Below, piece after piece: positions 50,541 to 60,565 of a DNA stretch of 64,000 bases. Location of the stretch: NCBI GenBank assembly GCA_044228295.1, contig JBGAVE010000008.1, positions 15,235 through 79,234 on the forward strand, in the 5' to 3' direction. Made by a program: the position numbers and the translations under genes. Positions within the stretch are counted from its first letter, which is position 1; each line of letters opens with the position of its first letter. The notes under the pieces were generated by a model. It was given only the letters and a program-made list of their open reading frames with translations, was not told where the DNA came from and made no database searches. This DNA comes from Nitrosomonas sp. GTDB lineage: Bacteria; Pseudomonadota; Gammaproteobacteria; Burkholderiales; Nitrosomonadaceae.

Positions 50541-51827
50541 TCATTGAATACTCAGCCACATAGCGAGGGCAGCTAGTGTGACAAGCAATACTGGCACAGT
50601 CAACACAATCCCCACCTGGAAATAATATCCCCACGTGATAACCATATTCTTCCGCACCAATACATGCAACCACAACAAAGTTGCTAGGCTGCCAATCGGC
50701 GTGATTTTTGGTCCCAGATCACAACCGATTACGTTGGCGTAAATCATTGCTTCCTTGATTGCACCGGTAGTGCTGGTTGAGTCGATCGACAATGCGCCGA
50801 TCAACACCGTCGGCAAATTGTTCATGATGGACGATAAGAAGGCGGCCAGAAAACCGGTGCCGAGCGTGGCTCCCCACACGCCATAACTGGCGAAAACATC
50901 AAGCAGACCGGTAATATATCCGGTCAAGCCTTCATTGCGCAAACCATACACCACCAAATACATGCCCAGTGAAAAAATAACGATTTGCCACGGCGCTTCG
51001 CGTACTACCTTACGCGTATTAATCACATGACCATGCGCTGCCACCGCGAACAATATGAGCGAGCCGACAGCGGCAACAAGACTGATGGGCACCCCCAAAG
51101 ATTCGAGACCAAAAAAGCCGATTAGCAGCAATGCCAGCACCACCCAGCCAGCACGAAACGTTGCCAAATCTCGTATTGCTTCACTGGGTGCCTTGAGTTG
51201 ACTGACATCATAGCCAGCCGGAACACTGCGGCGAAAGTAAAGGAAAAGCACGCCCAAACTTCCTACTACCGAAGCGATGTTGACCGGAATCATTACCCCA
51301 GCATATTCGGCAAACCCGATCCTGAAATAATCAACCGAGACGATGTTAACCAAATTAGATACCACAAACGGCAAGCTGGCCGTATCGGCAATAAAACCCG
51401 CTGCCATGACGAAAGCAAGCGTAGCCGCTGGACTAAACCCAAGTGCGAGTAACATCGCCATGACAATTGGCGTTAGAATCAAGGCTGCGCCATCGTTAGC
51501 AAACAATGCGGAAACCGCTGCACCCAGTAATACAATGTAGGCGAATAATAAATGCCCATTACCACGCCCCCAGCGGGCTACATGCAATGCTGCCCACTCA
51601 AAGAACCCCGCTTCGTCGAGTATCAGGCTGATAATAATGATAGCAATGAAAGCTGCTGTCGCGTTCCAGACAATATGCCACACCACCAGAATGTCACTGA
51701 GTTGCACCACGCCAAAAAGTAATGCAGCGGTAGCACCAAGCAGAGCACTCCAACCAATACCGAGGCCGCGCGGCTGCCAGATAACCAACGTAAGGGTTAA
51801 GATGAAAATGAGTAGGGCAATTAGCAT
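50541..51827 (-). CDS. arsB: ArsB arsenite efflux permease
   Basis: [23 protein letters not shown] and [15 protein letters not shown]. Confidence 0.95.
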   Translation of the reverse strand: MLIALLIFILTLTLVIWQPRGLGIGWSALLGATAALLFGVVQLSDILVVWHIVWNATAAFIAIIIISLILDEAGFFEWAALHVARWGRGNGHLLFAYIVLLGAAVSALFANDGAALILTPIVMAMLLALGFSPAATLAFVMAAGFIADTASLPFVVSNLVNIVSVDYFRIGFAEYAGVMIPVNIASVVGSLGVLFLYFRRSVPAGYDVSQLKAPSEAIRDLATFRAGWVVLALLLIGFFGLESLGVPISLVAAVGSLILFAVAAHGHVINTRKVVREAPWQIVIFSLGMYLVVYGLRNEGLTGYITGLLDVFASYGVWGATLGTGFLAAFLSSIMNNLPTVLIGALSIDSTSTTGAIKEAMIYANVIGCDLGPKITPIGSLATLLWLHVLVRKNMVITWGYYFQVGIVLTVPVLLVTLAALAMWLSIQ

Positions 51828-51869
51828 ATCAATATACGTCCATTGCTATCGTGTCTTGCTCCGTAGTGA

Positions 51870-52367
51870 TCATTTTGCGTGTGTTTGCTTAAATTTCATA
51901 ATGCCGATACTATCCAGTTTCGTCCTGAAGGCAGAAGGATTTTGCTGCAAATCATCAAGTGGCAGTGATAAAAAAGCCTCGATGCCCTCACGCAAAGTTC
52001 GATAAGCCTGCGTAAATGCCGCATTGATCTCTTCCTCGGATCCAGTGGCTTCGGCGGGATCATCGACCCCCCAATGCGAGCGTAGCGCCGGCCCCAGATA
52101 AGCGGGACAGGTTTCACCGGCCGCATTGCCGCACACGGTAATGACAATGCCCGGCGTAGCGGGCAAGTTATCCCACGATTTACTACAAAGCCCTTCGGTT
52201 GCAATACCTTCGCGTTCAAGCAGGGCAAGTGAGCGTGGATGAATTTTTCCGGTCGGTTTGCTGCCTGCGCTCATTGCTTTCCAACCTTCGGGTGCAAGAT
52301 GATTGAAAGTAGCTTCTGCAAGAATGGAACGGCAGGAATTTCCGGTGCAAAGGAATAGTACATCCAT
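51870..52367 (-). CDS. arsC: Arsenate reductase (second copy)
   Basis: MDVLFLCTGNSCRS; true start at 52367, not 52538. Confidence 0.93.
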   Translation of the reverse strand: MDVLFLCTGNSCRSILAEATFNHLAPEGWKAMSAGSKPTGKIHPRSLALLEREGIATEGLCSKSWDNLPATPGIVITVCGNAAGETCPAYLGPALRSHWGVDDPAEATGSEEEINAAFTQAYRTLREGIEAFLSLPLDDLQQNPSAFRTKLDSIGIMKFKQTHAK

Positions 52368-52369
52368 GA

Positions 52370-52788
52370 TTAGGCTCCACAACAGTTTTTGGTTGTAGTG
52401 GAAATGGCGGTATCTTGCCCAAATACCGGAATTGTCGTCAGCGTGTGGATGCTTCCCAAGCGATACCTTGCGGATCGACGGTCCAGTATTTGTTTGACGA
52501 TGCGTAACAACATTGCGCATTCTGCTGTGCCACAGCAAGCAAACCGGCCTGAGCCAATCGTTGATTCATTTCGTTTAATGCTTCTTCCGAGTCAACCTGA
52601 ATTCCCACATGATCCAACCCTGGTTTTGCGCCTCTTGCGGAAATCGCGAAATTTAGTAATGGATCATCCAGCATCCACTTGGCATAATCTTGCTTACTGA
52701 CCGATGGCGCGATGCCGAAAAGCGCCGAGTAAACGCGGATATTTTCCTGCAAGTTATCGACAGCGATATGGATATGAAAACGTTTCAT
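52370..52788 (-). pseudogene. arsI: ArsI/CadI-like VOC enzyme with a 1-nt deletion frameshift near the 3' end
   Basis: CCYA intact; GCA TCC ACA CGC TGA. Restoring one T gives AFHTLTTIPVFGQD...CCGA* like copy 1, stopping just before arsC. Confidence 0.8.
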
Positions 52789-53156
52789 TATGTTGTCTCC
52801 TGTGTTGAATCAATGGCAGTTGTTGTTGGCGCGTCGTTTTCAGCACAGCAAACTTCATGCGGGCTGCATGGAACTCCGGCACAACAATTCTCGGTGAGAT
52901 AGTGCAATAACCCATTCATGGTTGCGAAATTTGGCGAATAATAAATAAAGCGGCTTTCCTGCCGAGCAATGACCAGCTCTGCATGCGTCAACTCTTTCAG
53001 GTGAAAGGATAACGTTGCATTAGGGATATTCAATTCCTTGGCAAGTTGACTCGCCGCAAGCCCGGATTCGCCACCCTGTACTAGCGTCCGAAATATCGTC
53101 AAGCGAGTTTCTTGTGCTAGGGCGGTCAGTGCTTTAATCGCAATATTTATTTCCAT
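52788..53156 (-). CDS. arsR: ArsR-family repressor (second copy)
   Basis: MEINIAIKALTALAQETRL...TENCC. Confidence 0.92.
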   Translation of the reverse strand: MEINIAIKALTALAQETRLTIFRTLVQGGESGLAASQLAKELNIPNATLSFHLKELTHAELVIARQESRFIYYSPNFATMNGLLHYLTENCCAGVPCSPHEVCCAENDAPTTTAIDSTQETT

Positions 53157-53158
53157 AT

Positions 53159-53174
53159 TTCCATGATATTGGAA
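53159..53174. promoter_or_regulatory. ArsR operator candidate
   Basis: TTCCA-TGATAT-TGGAA, same position relative to the start as in copy 1. Confidence 0.5.
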
Positions 53175-53205
53175 ATAACAAATCCTATCAATTTTTTTGT
53201 TGCAA

Positions 53206-53324
53206 AGACCTCTGCACAACTGATTATCTCGATGGCACAAGATTGGTAAGTGTTTAATTTATCAATTCCGAAAGTACCGACAGTGATCTAAAAAACTCAA
53301 AAACACAGAGTTATTCAGAGGTCT
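53206..53324. mobile_element. MITE-like element, copy A (119 bp)
   Basis: Terminal IRs AGACCTCTGCACAAC / GTTATTCAGAGGTCT (13/15 match), non-coding interior. Confidence 0.65.
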
Positions 53325-53391
53325 TAATACTAAAACCCTTTAGTTCGTTCTCGCTGCAATAAAAGTGCATCGGCGAACATAATCTGGAATA

Positions 53392-54381
53392 ATGCGTGCA
53401 TTTTGTGAAACGCTGTTGACAGCTTGTATCTCAGGTATTCGGGTTATGTACTCAAAATTAAAATCGACTATTTGCGCACAATTCGCCAAAAAAAGATCAC
53501 TGTGCTCAACGCTTTCGAATTCTCCTTTTCCCGAACGACGCCAGCAAGACCGGCGGCAGCGACTGAATGACCGACGTAACTCTCAGACATGGTCCGGACG
53601 AGCTCGAAACGAACGACGCAGGCAGGATCGTCGCAATCCATTCACACTATTGCGCATAAATCCATTGTCCCATGTGGAATCCATGCGTTCGCAACAAACC
53701 TCGCCAGTGGACGTAACCTCTCAAGACACGCTGCAGTTGTGCGTCGTCACCAAACAGCAAGACTTGATTGAGCGATTGCGTGGTTATGTCGAGAAATCAT
53801 CCGTCATTGATACTTCTTGCTACACTCTCTTTCATGTCGCTGGAATCTCCCATGACAAACTAGAAGCAGTCGACTGTGATTTAATATTAATTGACACCGC
53901 TCCGATCGTCCTTTCGGCGCTTCAACAACAACTGCGCACAATACGAGACATCGCGCCTAACTGCAAAATTATCTTGCTGCACGACCATTGTCTGCCAGAT
54001 CTCAGCCGAGAAATTATCGAATGCCGCATAGTTGGACTACTGCCTACCAATGTTTCGCGGGAATTTTTCGTAAAAGCCATTACTACCATTCATCGAGGAG
54101 AACTCTGGTTGCCTCATCAGTTAATAAGCCGAATATTTGATTTTTATTCTGCTCAATATCCCTACATTAGTTCATTGTTGAATTGTCTCGATCTAACACC
54201 GAGTGAACAGAAAATCGTTACTCTGTTGATCAAAGGACTAGCCAACAAACAAATAGCGTTGCAACTCTCGGTCAGTCCAGAAACGGTTAAAAAACATATA
54301 AAAAATATCTTTCGGAAAACCGGTAGTCGTAACCGCGTTGAGTTGATTACGCGTTATTTTTCGCAAACAAATATGAGATAA
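53392..54381 (+). CDS. LuxR/NarL-type regulator (REC-like domain + HTH) with an N-terminal Arg-rich ERR/DRR repeat extension
   Basis: LTPSEQKIVTLLIKGLANKQIA..SPETVKKHIKNIFRK; DLILID; the start may be downstream (53446). Confidence 0.85.
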   Translation: MRAFCETLLTACISGIRVMYSKLKSTICAQFAKKRSLCSTLSNSPFPERRQQDRRQRLNDRRNSQTWSGRARNERRRQDRRNPFTLLRINPLSHVESMRSQQTSPVDVTSQDTLQLCVVTKQQDLIERLRGYVEKSSVIDTSCYTLFHVAGISHDKLEAVDCDLILIDTAPIVLSALQQQLRTIRDIAPNCKIILLHDHCLPDLSREIIECRIVGLLPTNVSREFFVKAITTIHRGELWLPHQLISRIFDFYSAQYPYISSLLNCLDLTPSEQKIVTLLIKGLANKQIALQLSVSPETVKKHIKNIFRKTGSRNRVELITRYFSQTNMR

Positions 54382-54440
54382 GCAGTCGGATAGCAACGTC
54401 ACATAAAATTTATCGAAATCAATTCATTAAATGATCTTCC

Positions 54441-54456
54441 TCCCCCTTTTGGGGAA
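54441..54456. promoter_or_regulatory. NarL-like 7-2-7 inverted site candidate
   Basis: TCCCCCT-TT-TGGGGAA between the luxR-type gene and the secreted-protein gene. Confidence 0.35.
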
Positions 54457-54748
54457 TGGCCTAAAACTTCTCACCGTAGGATTATGTTAGCAGTAATAAA
54501 GGAGGTGGTACTTCGAGTAAAAGCTAAGCAAGCACTCATTGGTTTGGCGCATGCGATGAAATGCAAGGCGAATGGCGCATAGGGAAACGAGGGATATTCA
54601 AAAATACACAAAAACTGAATTTCTGAACGCCACTCATTGCAACTATCGATTGTGCAAGCGATGTCAGTGTTTCCGTGGAGGGAGGCTTTACAGAAAGGCT
54701 ATCTATAATGAAGCAAGGTAAGTATGTTAAATTCTAAATGAGGAGGGA

Positions 54749-55708
54749 GTGATGAAACAACATAGTTTGAGAAAAGCGTTGCTAACGTCGGTATTGGCAT
54801 TGGCAATAAATGGTAGCGCAGTTGCTGAAATTCCTACTGGTGTGAATGGAACAGCAAGCACGCCAATTTCAGATAAAGGAATAACCCCGTATATTATCCA
54901 GGGTGCAAATCCAGGCGGAAATCGTACGTGTGGCGAGGTAGGGTTCGCGACTCTTCCCAATGCAACGCATTTTCAGTGTTATAGCCAAAGAGTAAGTTAT
55001 AACGGACTTTTTGCTACCTTCGTAGATATTAGTGGTAAAGAAGGTTGCGCCAATACGACAATCAATGTCACTGTCACAGACGGTACTTATGTTGAATGGT
55101 GGAGCACGGGAGGTCCCGTCGGCGCAGCAATCGTTAAAGGTAGCGCGGCAGCCAATGTATATTATTACTTTACTCCGCTTAATGGCGATTCCGGTCTTGC
55201 ATCGCCAGTAAATTCAAGTACGGGGAATGCGGGTCTCAGTAATCTTACTTTTTGCTGGAATCCTGATCCACAAGAACCGCCCGTATGTTATACAAGTGAT
55301 ACCGCATGGGGCGCAGGTAGTCGATATTTGACTAGAGGTAATTGGGGAACTTATACCGCTTACGAACCCAATAAAACAGTAAATTTCTATGCAGGTCAAA
55401 CTAAATTGGCCGGTACAGTGAACTTTTCAGCGATTGTCGATGGTAAAGTTACGATCACCATTACACTTAATGAAGGTTGGAGATTCCGCATGAAGCCAGT
55501 TAATGATGTGGAAGGTCAATACGCTAATAACGTTCATGTTAATGGCTACGATCTTGAACCGAAAGGAATCACGCCAATACCAGGTTCATTTCCTTGGGTA
55601 AAAGTCGCCGAGGGAAGTTCGACAACTATTGAAGTGCCTGCATATAATTTCTATGGTGTACATGCAGATGTTGAAAGTGTAGTTGCATGTCCAGTTACTA
55701 ATCAGTAA
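54749..55708 (+). CDS. Secreted two-domain hypothetical protein
   Basis: Signal peptide ending AVA; several Cys; Pro-rich linker PDPQEPP. Confidence 0.8.
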   Translation: MMKQHSLRKALLTSVLALAINGSAVAEIPTGVNGTASTPISDKGITPYIIQGANPGGNRTCGEVGFATLPNATHFQCYSQRVSYNGLFATFVDISGKEGCANTTINVTVTDGTYVEWWSTGGPVGAAIVKGSAAANVYYYFTPLNGDSGLASPVNSSTGNAGLSNLTFCWNPDPQEPPVCYTSDTAWGAGSRYLTRGNWGTYTAYEPNKTVNFYAGQTKLAGTVNFSAIVDGKVTITITLNEGWRFRMKPVNDVEGQYANNVHVNGYDLEPKGITPIPGSFPWVKVAEGSSTTIEVPAYNFYGVHADVESVVACPVTNQ

Positions 55709-55779
55709 TCAATTTGTTAGCAAATTGTTGTGGTCTTAATTAATACGGAACGCAACACCATTGATAAAAAACTTTAATA

Positions 55780-55814
55780 AAACAGGGCTCCAAGCGATAG
55801 CTGGAGTCCTGTTT
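55780..55814. terminator. Probable bidirectional intrinsic terminator
   Basis: AAACAGGGCTCCA / TGGAGTCCTGTTT stem between convergent genes, A- and T-rich flanks. Confidence 0.7.
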
Positions 55815-55842
55815 CTATTTTTAAACCCTTATTAAATTGATT

Positions 55843-57909
55843 TTACTTTCTTCCACCGCCCCCTTTACTGCCAGCAATGATAAGAATAGTGTTGGATGCC
55901 GATGATTTATTGCCTGCAGCATCGCGAGCGGTTACGACATATTCATAACTAACACCTGCTACGGCAGTGCTATCTGCAAAACTGTTGCTAGATGCCTCTC
56001 CAATTAACTCATTGTTGCGGTAGATCGAATAACCAGCGATACCTGAGAGTGCATCATTTGAAGCTTGCCAAGACAGCATGATTTTACCCTGTCTGTTAAC
56101 CGAACCACTCAAACTGGTAGGCACGCTTGGCGGTGTATTGTCGATGATCAGCGTCGCATTGCCTTGGCCATTGGTGAGATGTTGCGGTGCTTTACCATCG
56201 CTGTCAGTAACAATTACGGATAAAGAATAACTACCTTCGCTTAAAGAGGTGTTTGCGGTGAGAGTGCTACTGCCCGTTTGTGAAGGAGACAGCGTCAAAT
56301 TGGGGGTACTCAGCGAACCGCCAACGACCCCACCGGTATAATTAAGCGCGAAAGTGGTGTTGCCACAACCGCTGACATCCTTATTAGTTACGTTGATCGT
56401 GAAATTGGCGCTACTTCCAAGCGATGTGGCCAGTGTCGCAGGCGAAATGGATACGGCAGGTGTATTGACTGCGCAACCGTAACTGATTTGTACCGTTGCG
56501 AAACCATTACCTTGAGATACCTGCGTGAAAGAAATACCATTGGTGCTATCGGTAAACGTTTCTCCGTCAATTAGCGTCTTAATATGCGTGGTCGCCGCAT
56601 AGCCCGATCCTCTGTAGCGGTGAATATTAATTCCTTTGGTGTAAGTGGTCGATAATTGGTTGTAATTACCAATTGGTTGGCGGTAGGACAAATAATATAA
56701 ATCGCTGGTGTTCGGTTTGGCGATTTTAAGCATGAATGGTGTACCGATAACATTAGCCGGATCCTGTCCTATTGCAGCTAAATTGAAAGTGCCACTCGAT
56801 GTTATCGTTGATACGGCGTTCGGAATATTGGCGTACCAACTCATTTGGTCCATGTGACCTGCATTAAATAAATTCCAACTACGAGACGAACCCATTGTAT
56901 CTGAGTAGTCGCCGTAAGCATTATTGATGACACCATCATTTTCAGGATCGGTACCGGCATGCGCCATACCCAAATTGTGTCCTAGTTCATGTGCATAAAC
57001 CTGACCTGAGTTAGCTTCTGCAACCCAGGCTCGACAAAAAGTACCGCAGCCTACGTTGGCAACACCGGCCCAACCGCAAGCCGGTAATGAACTGTAACTT
57101 GGGAGCACAAAAACACGATGGCGGTACAGTGAAAGATCAATGCCGGCCAGTTGCGCAGCCGCTTCCGCAGCATAGGCCCAGCTATAGTAATCGCAGGTGG
57201 AGTTGTCATAACTGACTGTAAATGGTCCGAACACATCCGGACTGCCGTTTCCATCGGTATCTGCCGGAAAAGTGGTTTTTCCCAATGAAGCTTCACGATA
57301 TAAGCCATCGACTGAGCGGATATCGGTAAACATTTTTCCAGCCACTTGCGCTGGAGTCGTATAAGAACCGGTTTTCGCGTTGGATAAATCCACTAAAATA
57401 ACGACCGCTTTGCGTTCGTCAATCGCCATAGCATCCATCGCTGTAGCAGAGTCCGTTGTCGTGGAATAAGCTCCAGAGCTGTTACTTTTATCCTTATTAT
57501 TCGGGGGGCTTTGCTCTTCCAGACTTTCGACACGGAATTTTCGACCATTGACTTGACCTTTAACGCGAATACGCTGCCCACTTCGCAGATGACCCGGTGG
57601 TGAACGGTCAAAATGTAATTGATACCAATCTATACCGTTGTCATCGCGTAAAAAATAATCATTTTCGAGGTGCATATGACTTTCAAAATCATCCTTGTGA
57701 ATCACATCCAGCTCACCAGATAACTCATCCGACGCAACGGAATGAGTATTGAAGGATAACGTAATAAGAATAATCGCAAGAAAACCCAACATCCTGCGAT
57801 TTATATTTAAATAAAATGAAGTGAGCATAGTAAATTTCCCCTGTATCAGATTGCATATTGCTTGCTGAGTAACTGATTCCAGTTTTGCGAGCAGCAAGTT
57901 ATGAACCAA
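55843..57909 (-). CDS. Secreted metzincin protease (M11 gametolysin-like) with C-terminal Ig-like and fibronectin-III-like domains
   Basis: HELGHNLGMAH zinc motif followed by DTMG Met-turn; PSVPTSLSG..LSWQAS..GYSIYRN FN3 pattern; true start probably at or after 57828. Confidence 0.8.
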   Translation of the reverse strand: MVHNLLLAKLESVTQQAICNLIQGKFTMLTSFYLNINRRMLGFLAIILITLSFNTHSVASDELSGELDVIHKDDFESHMHLENDYFLRDDNGIDWYQLHFDRSPPGHLRSGQRIRVKGQVNGRKFRVESLEEQSPPNNKDKSNSSGAYSTTTDSATAMDAMAIDERKAVVILVDLSNAKTGSYTTPAQVAGKMFTDIRSVDGLYREASLGKTTFPADTDGNGSPDVFGPFTVSYDNSTCDYYSWAYAAEAAAQLAGIDLSLYRHRVFVLPSYSSLPACGWAGVANVGCGTFCRAWVAEANSGQVYAHELGHNLGMAHAGTDPENDGVINNAYGDYSDTMGSSRSWNLFNAGHMDQMSWYANIPNAVSTITSSGTFNLAAIGQDPANVIGTPFMLKIAKPNTSDLYYLSYRQPIGNYNQLSTTYTKGINIHRYRGSGYAATTHIKTLIDGETFTDSTNGISFTQVSQGNGFATVQISYGCAVNTPAVSISPATLATSLGSSANFTINVTNKDVSGCGNTTFALNYTGGVVGGSLSTPNLTLSPSQTGSSTLTANTSLSEGSYSLSVIVTDSDGKAPQHLTNGQGNATLIIDNTPPSVPTSLSGSVNRQGKIMLSWQASNDALSGIAGYSIYRNNELIGEASSNSFADSTAVAGVSYEYVVTARDAAGNKSSASNTILIIAGSKGGGGRK

Positions 57910-57979
57910 TGTCGACGGAATCTTTACTAGGAAACTTAATTAAAAGGGATTAATAGGTTATTTCAACAGATAACTATCA

Positions 57980-58089
57980 GAGACCTCTGCATAACTGGCT
58001 TTATCGAATACGCGAAGTCTCTAATCATTTGATTTAATTATTATAGAAATGAACAGAAAAGCTCAAAGAAACAGTGATGCAGAAGTCTC
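57980..58089. mobile_element. MITE-like element, copy B (110 bp)
   Basis: IRs GAGACCTCTGCATAAC / GTGATGCAGAAGTCTC (14/16 match); subterminal AAAAGCTCAAAGAAACAG resembles copy A. Confidence 0.65.
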
Positions 58090-58278
58090 TTCTACCAAAA
58101 TGACATGCAACAACTGTCATTTTGATATTTCTCACTACCACTACAGCTAAATTCTTGTTGAAGTAGCAAAACAATTATCGTTACCCAACTCAACACTAAA
58201 GAACTGGGTTAATGCCCACAAATAACGAGAGCTTTGCTAGAGTGACAAGCATCAGAAGCCGCTGACTAAGCTTGAGTT

Positions 58279-58383
58279 AGAGCTACTGCGGGCAAGGTTG
58301 CTGTGTTTGGCATATTGCAGCGTGGTGGCAAGATTTATACGAAAGTGGTTGGAGACACGAAGACAAAAACGTTGATACTTTAA
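58279..58383 (+). pseudogene. IS1595-family (IS1016-like) transposase remnant
   Basis: Translates as RATAGKVAVFGILQRGGKIYTKVV...*, matching the recalled IS1016 motif RGAAGKVAVFGLLKRxGKVYT. Confidence 0.65.
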
Positions 58384-58513
58384 AGTTACTCGTACTACAA
58401 CTTCAAATTGTGTGCAAAATTATTAGACCGCCACAAAGAAAAGATTATATTTCCTAACCTTCATTTTTTTGATAAAATTCGGACGCGAAATAATTATAAA
58501 GGAATAATTGATG

Positions 58514-58536
58514 ATGGGCTTTGTAGCCCATTTTTT
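58514..58536 (+). promoter_or_regulatory. rimP leader hairpin (terminator-like)
   Basis: ATGGGCT-TTGT-AGCCCAT followed by a T run, immediately before rimP. Confidence 0.65.
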
Positions 58537-58544
58537 ATTTGTAG

Positions 58545-58979
58545 TTGACCATGGAACTGGAAGCGTTAATAGCATCAACTCTTGAGGGAATGGGTTACGA
58601 GCTGGTTGAGTTGGAACAGTCTGGGCATAATAGATTGTTAAGAATATTCGTAGATAAAAGTGAAGGCATTAATATTGATGATTGTGTCACTATAAGCAAT
58701 CATTTGTCGAGGTTATTGACGGTTGAAAATATCGATTATGGTCGTCTGGAGGTATCGTCACCCGGATTAGATAGAGCGTTACGAAAGGAATCTGATTTCA
58801 TTCGTTTTAAAGAAGAAACCATCAAATTAAAACTGCGTATCCCAATTGAAGGGCAAAGAAATTTTATAGGAATCTTGCGGGAAGTGAATCATGGTGCAAT
58901 TAAACTTGAAGTAGAAGGGGAATTATTGGATTTTGAATTGAGCAACCTCATGAAAGCTCGCTTGGTCCCAAAACTTTAA
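58545..58979 (+). CDS. rimP: Ribosome maturation factor RimP
   Basis: LRIFVDK..GINIDDC and [10 protein letters not shown]. Confidence 0.95.
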   Translation: MTMELEALIASTLEGMGYELVELEQSGHNRLLRIFVDKSEGINIDDCVTISNHLSRLLTVENIDYGRLEVSSPGLDRALRKESDFIRFKEETIKLKLRIPIEGQRNFIGILREVNHGAIKLEVEGELLDFELSNLMKARLVPKL

Positions 58980-59004
58980 CCGCATTAGCTTGGAATGGAG
59001 AACT

Positions 59005-60477
59005 ATGAGCCGAGAAATTTTACTGCTGGTAGATGCATTAGCACATGAAAAGGCGGTCGAAAAAGATATTATTTTTTTGGCGCTTGAGCTTGCATTAGCC
59101 TCTGCTACCAAAAAGCGCTTTCAAGAAGACATTGATACTCGTGTTTCCATCAACAAACAAACTGGCGATTATGAGTCTTTTCGCCGGTGGCTAGTCGTGG
59201 AAGATGGGGCGGTAGAAAATTCGATACGTCAGATTTCGCTCCTTGATGCACAAAAAATACATAAGGATATTCAATTAAATGATTATCTTGAAGAACCGCT
59301 GGAAGCAATTGAATTTGGTCGTATCGGGGCACAAGCCGCGAAACAAGTTATTTTCCAAAAAATTCGCGAAGCGGAGCGTGAGCAAACCCTCAATCAATTT
59401 TTAGAGCGAGGAGATTATTTAGTCAATGGCACGATAAAACGGATTGAGCGTGGCAACGCGATTATTGAATCGGGTAAGATTGAAGCAGAACTATCTCGTG
59501 ATCAAATGATTCCCAAAGAAAATTTACGCGTAGGTGACCGTGTTCGTGCTTACTTGCACAGAATTGATCGAGCATCAAGAGGTCCACAGTTGAAGCTTTC
59601 GCGTATTTCTCCAGAATTTCTGATGAAATTGTTTGAGAATGAGGTTCCGGAAATAGAAGAAAGGATGATCGAAATTAAGGTTGCTGCACGAGATCCCGGT
59701 TCACGCGCTAAAATTGCGGTTAAATCGAATGATGCGCGCATTGATCCTATTGGCACTTGTGTCGGAATGCGTGGTTCTAGAGTACAAGCCGTTATCAGCG
59801 AATTAGCAGGCGAGCGTATTGATATCATTTTATGGTCGGAAGATCCGGCTACTTTTATTATTAATGCGCTAGCACCTGCGGAAATTAGCAGTATCATGGT
59901 GGATGAAGAAAGGCACAGCATGGACATCGTTGTGGATGACGAGAATTTGGCGCAAGCTATTGGTCGAGGTGGACAAAATGTGCGACTTGCTTCCGAATTG
60001 ACGGGTTGGGAACTTAACATCATGACTGTTGATGAATCCCAAGCCAAGCATGAAAAGGAAGCCTCACAGATTAGTCAGCTTTTCATGGAAAAACTGGATG
60101 TAGACCAGGAGATTGCAGAAATTCTAGTACGAGAGGGTTTCGCTACGTTGGAGGAGGTCGCGTATATCCCAATAAACGAGATGCTGGAAATAGAATCTTT
60201 AGATGAAGAAACTATTCATGAGATCAGGAATCGAGCGCGCAATGTGTTATTGACGGATGCTATTGCCAATGAGGAAAAGGTTGAGCATGTCACCGAAGAT
60301 TTGTTAGAGTTAGAAGGCATGAATGACGATATCTTGCGTCAATTAACGGCACAAGGCATTCATACACAAGCTGATTTAGCCGATCTTGCTGCTGACGATC
60401 TCGTTGAAATGACGGGAATGGAAATAGAACGTGCCAGTCAACTCATTATGAGAGCGCGCGAACCATGGTTTTCTTAA
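59005..60477 (+). CDS. nusA: Transcription termination/antitermination factor NusA
   Basis: [28 protein letters not shown] and [12 protein letters not shown]. Confidence 0.97.
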   Translation: MSREILLLVDALAHEKAVEKDIIFLALELALASATKKRFQEDIDTRVSINKQTGDYESFRRWLVVEDGAVENSIRQISLLDAQKIHKDIQLNDYLEEPLEAIEFGRIGAQAAKQVIFQKIREAEREQTLNQFLERGDYLVNGTIKRIERGNAIIESGKIEAELSRDQMIPKENLRVGDRVRAYLHRIDRASRGPQLKLSRISPEFLMKLFENEVPEIEERMIEIKVAARDPGSRAKIAVKSNDARIDPIGTCVGMRGSRVQAVISELAGERIDIILWSEDPATFIINALAPAEISSIMVDEERHSMDIVVDDENLAQAIGRGGQNVRLASELTGWELNIMTVDESQAKHEKEASQISQLFMEKLDVDQEIAEILVREGFATLEEVAYIPINEMLEIESLDEETIHEIRNRARNVLLTDAIANEEKVEHVTEDLLELEGMNDDILRQLTAQGIHTQADLADLAADDLVEMTGMEIERASQLIMRAREPWFS

Positions 60478-60565
60478 ATCGAAGTGTCATCGATCAACAA
60501 ATCGTAATCATTGCTATTGGATTATTTACTGATAATATGGATTACAGAGAGGTTATAGATTACAA

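Noticed and set aside
57910-58510. tRNA-Met upstream of rimP as in enterobacteria
   Set aside because: No cloverleaf, T-loop GTTC or CCA pattern; the gap holds a MITE and an IS relic instead
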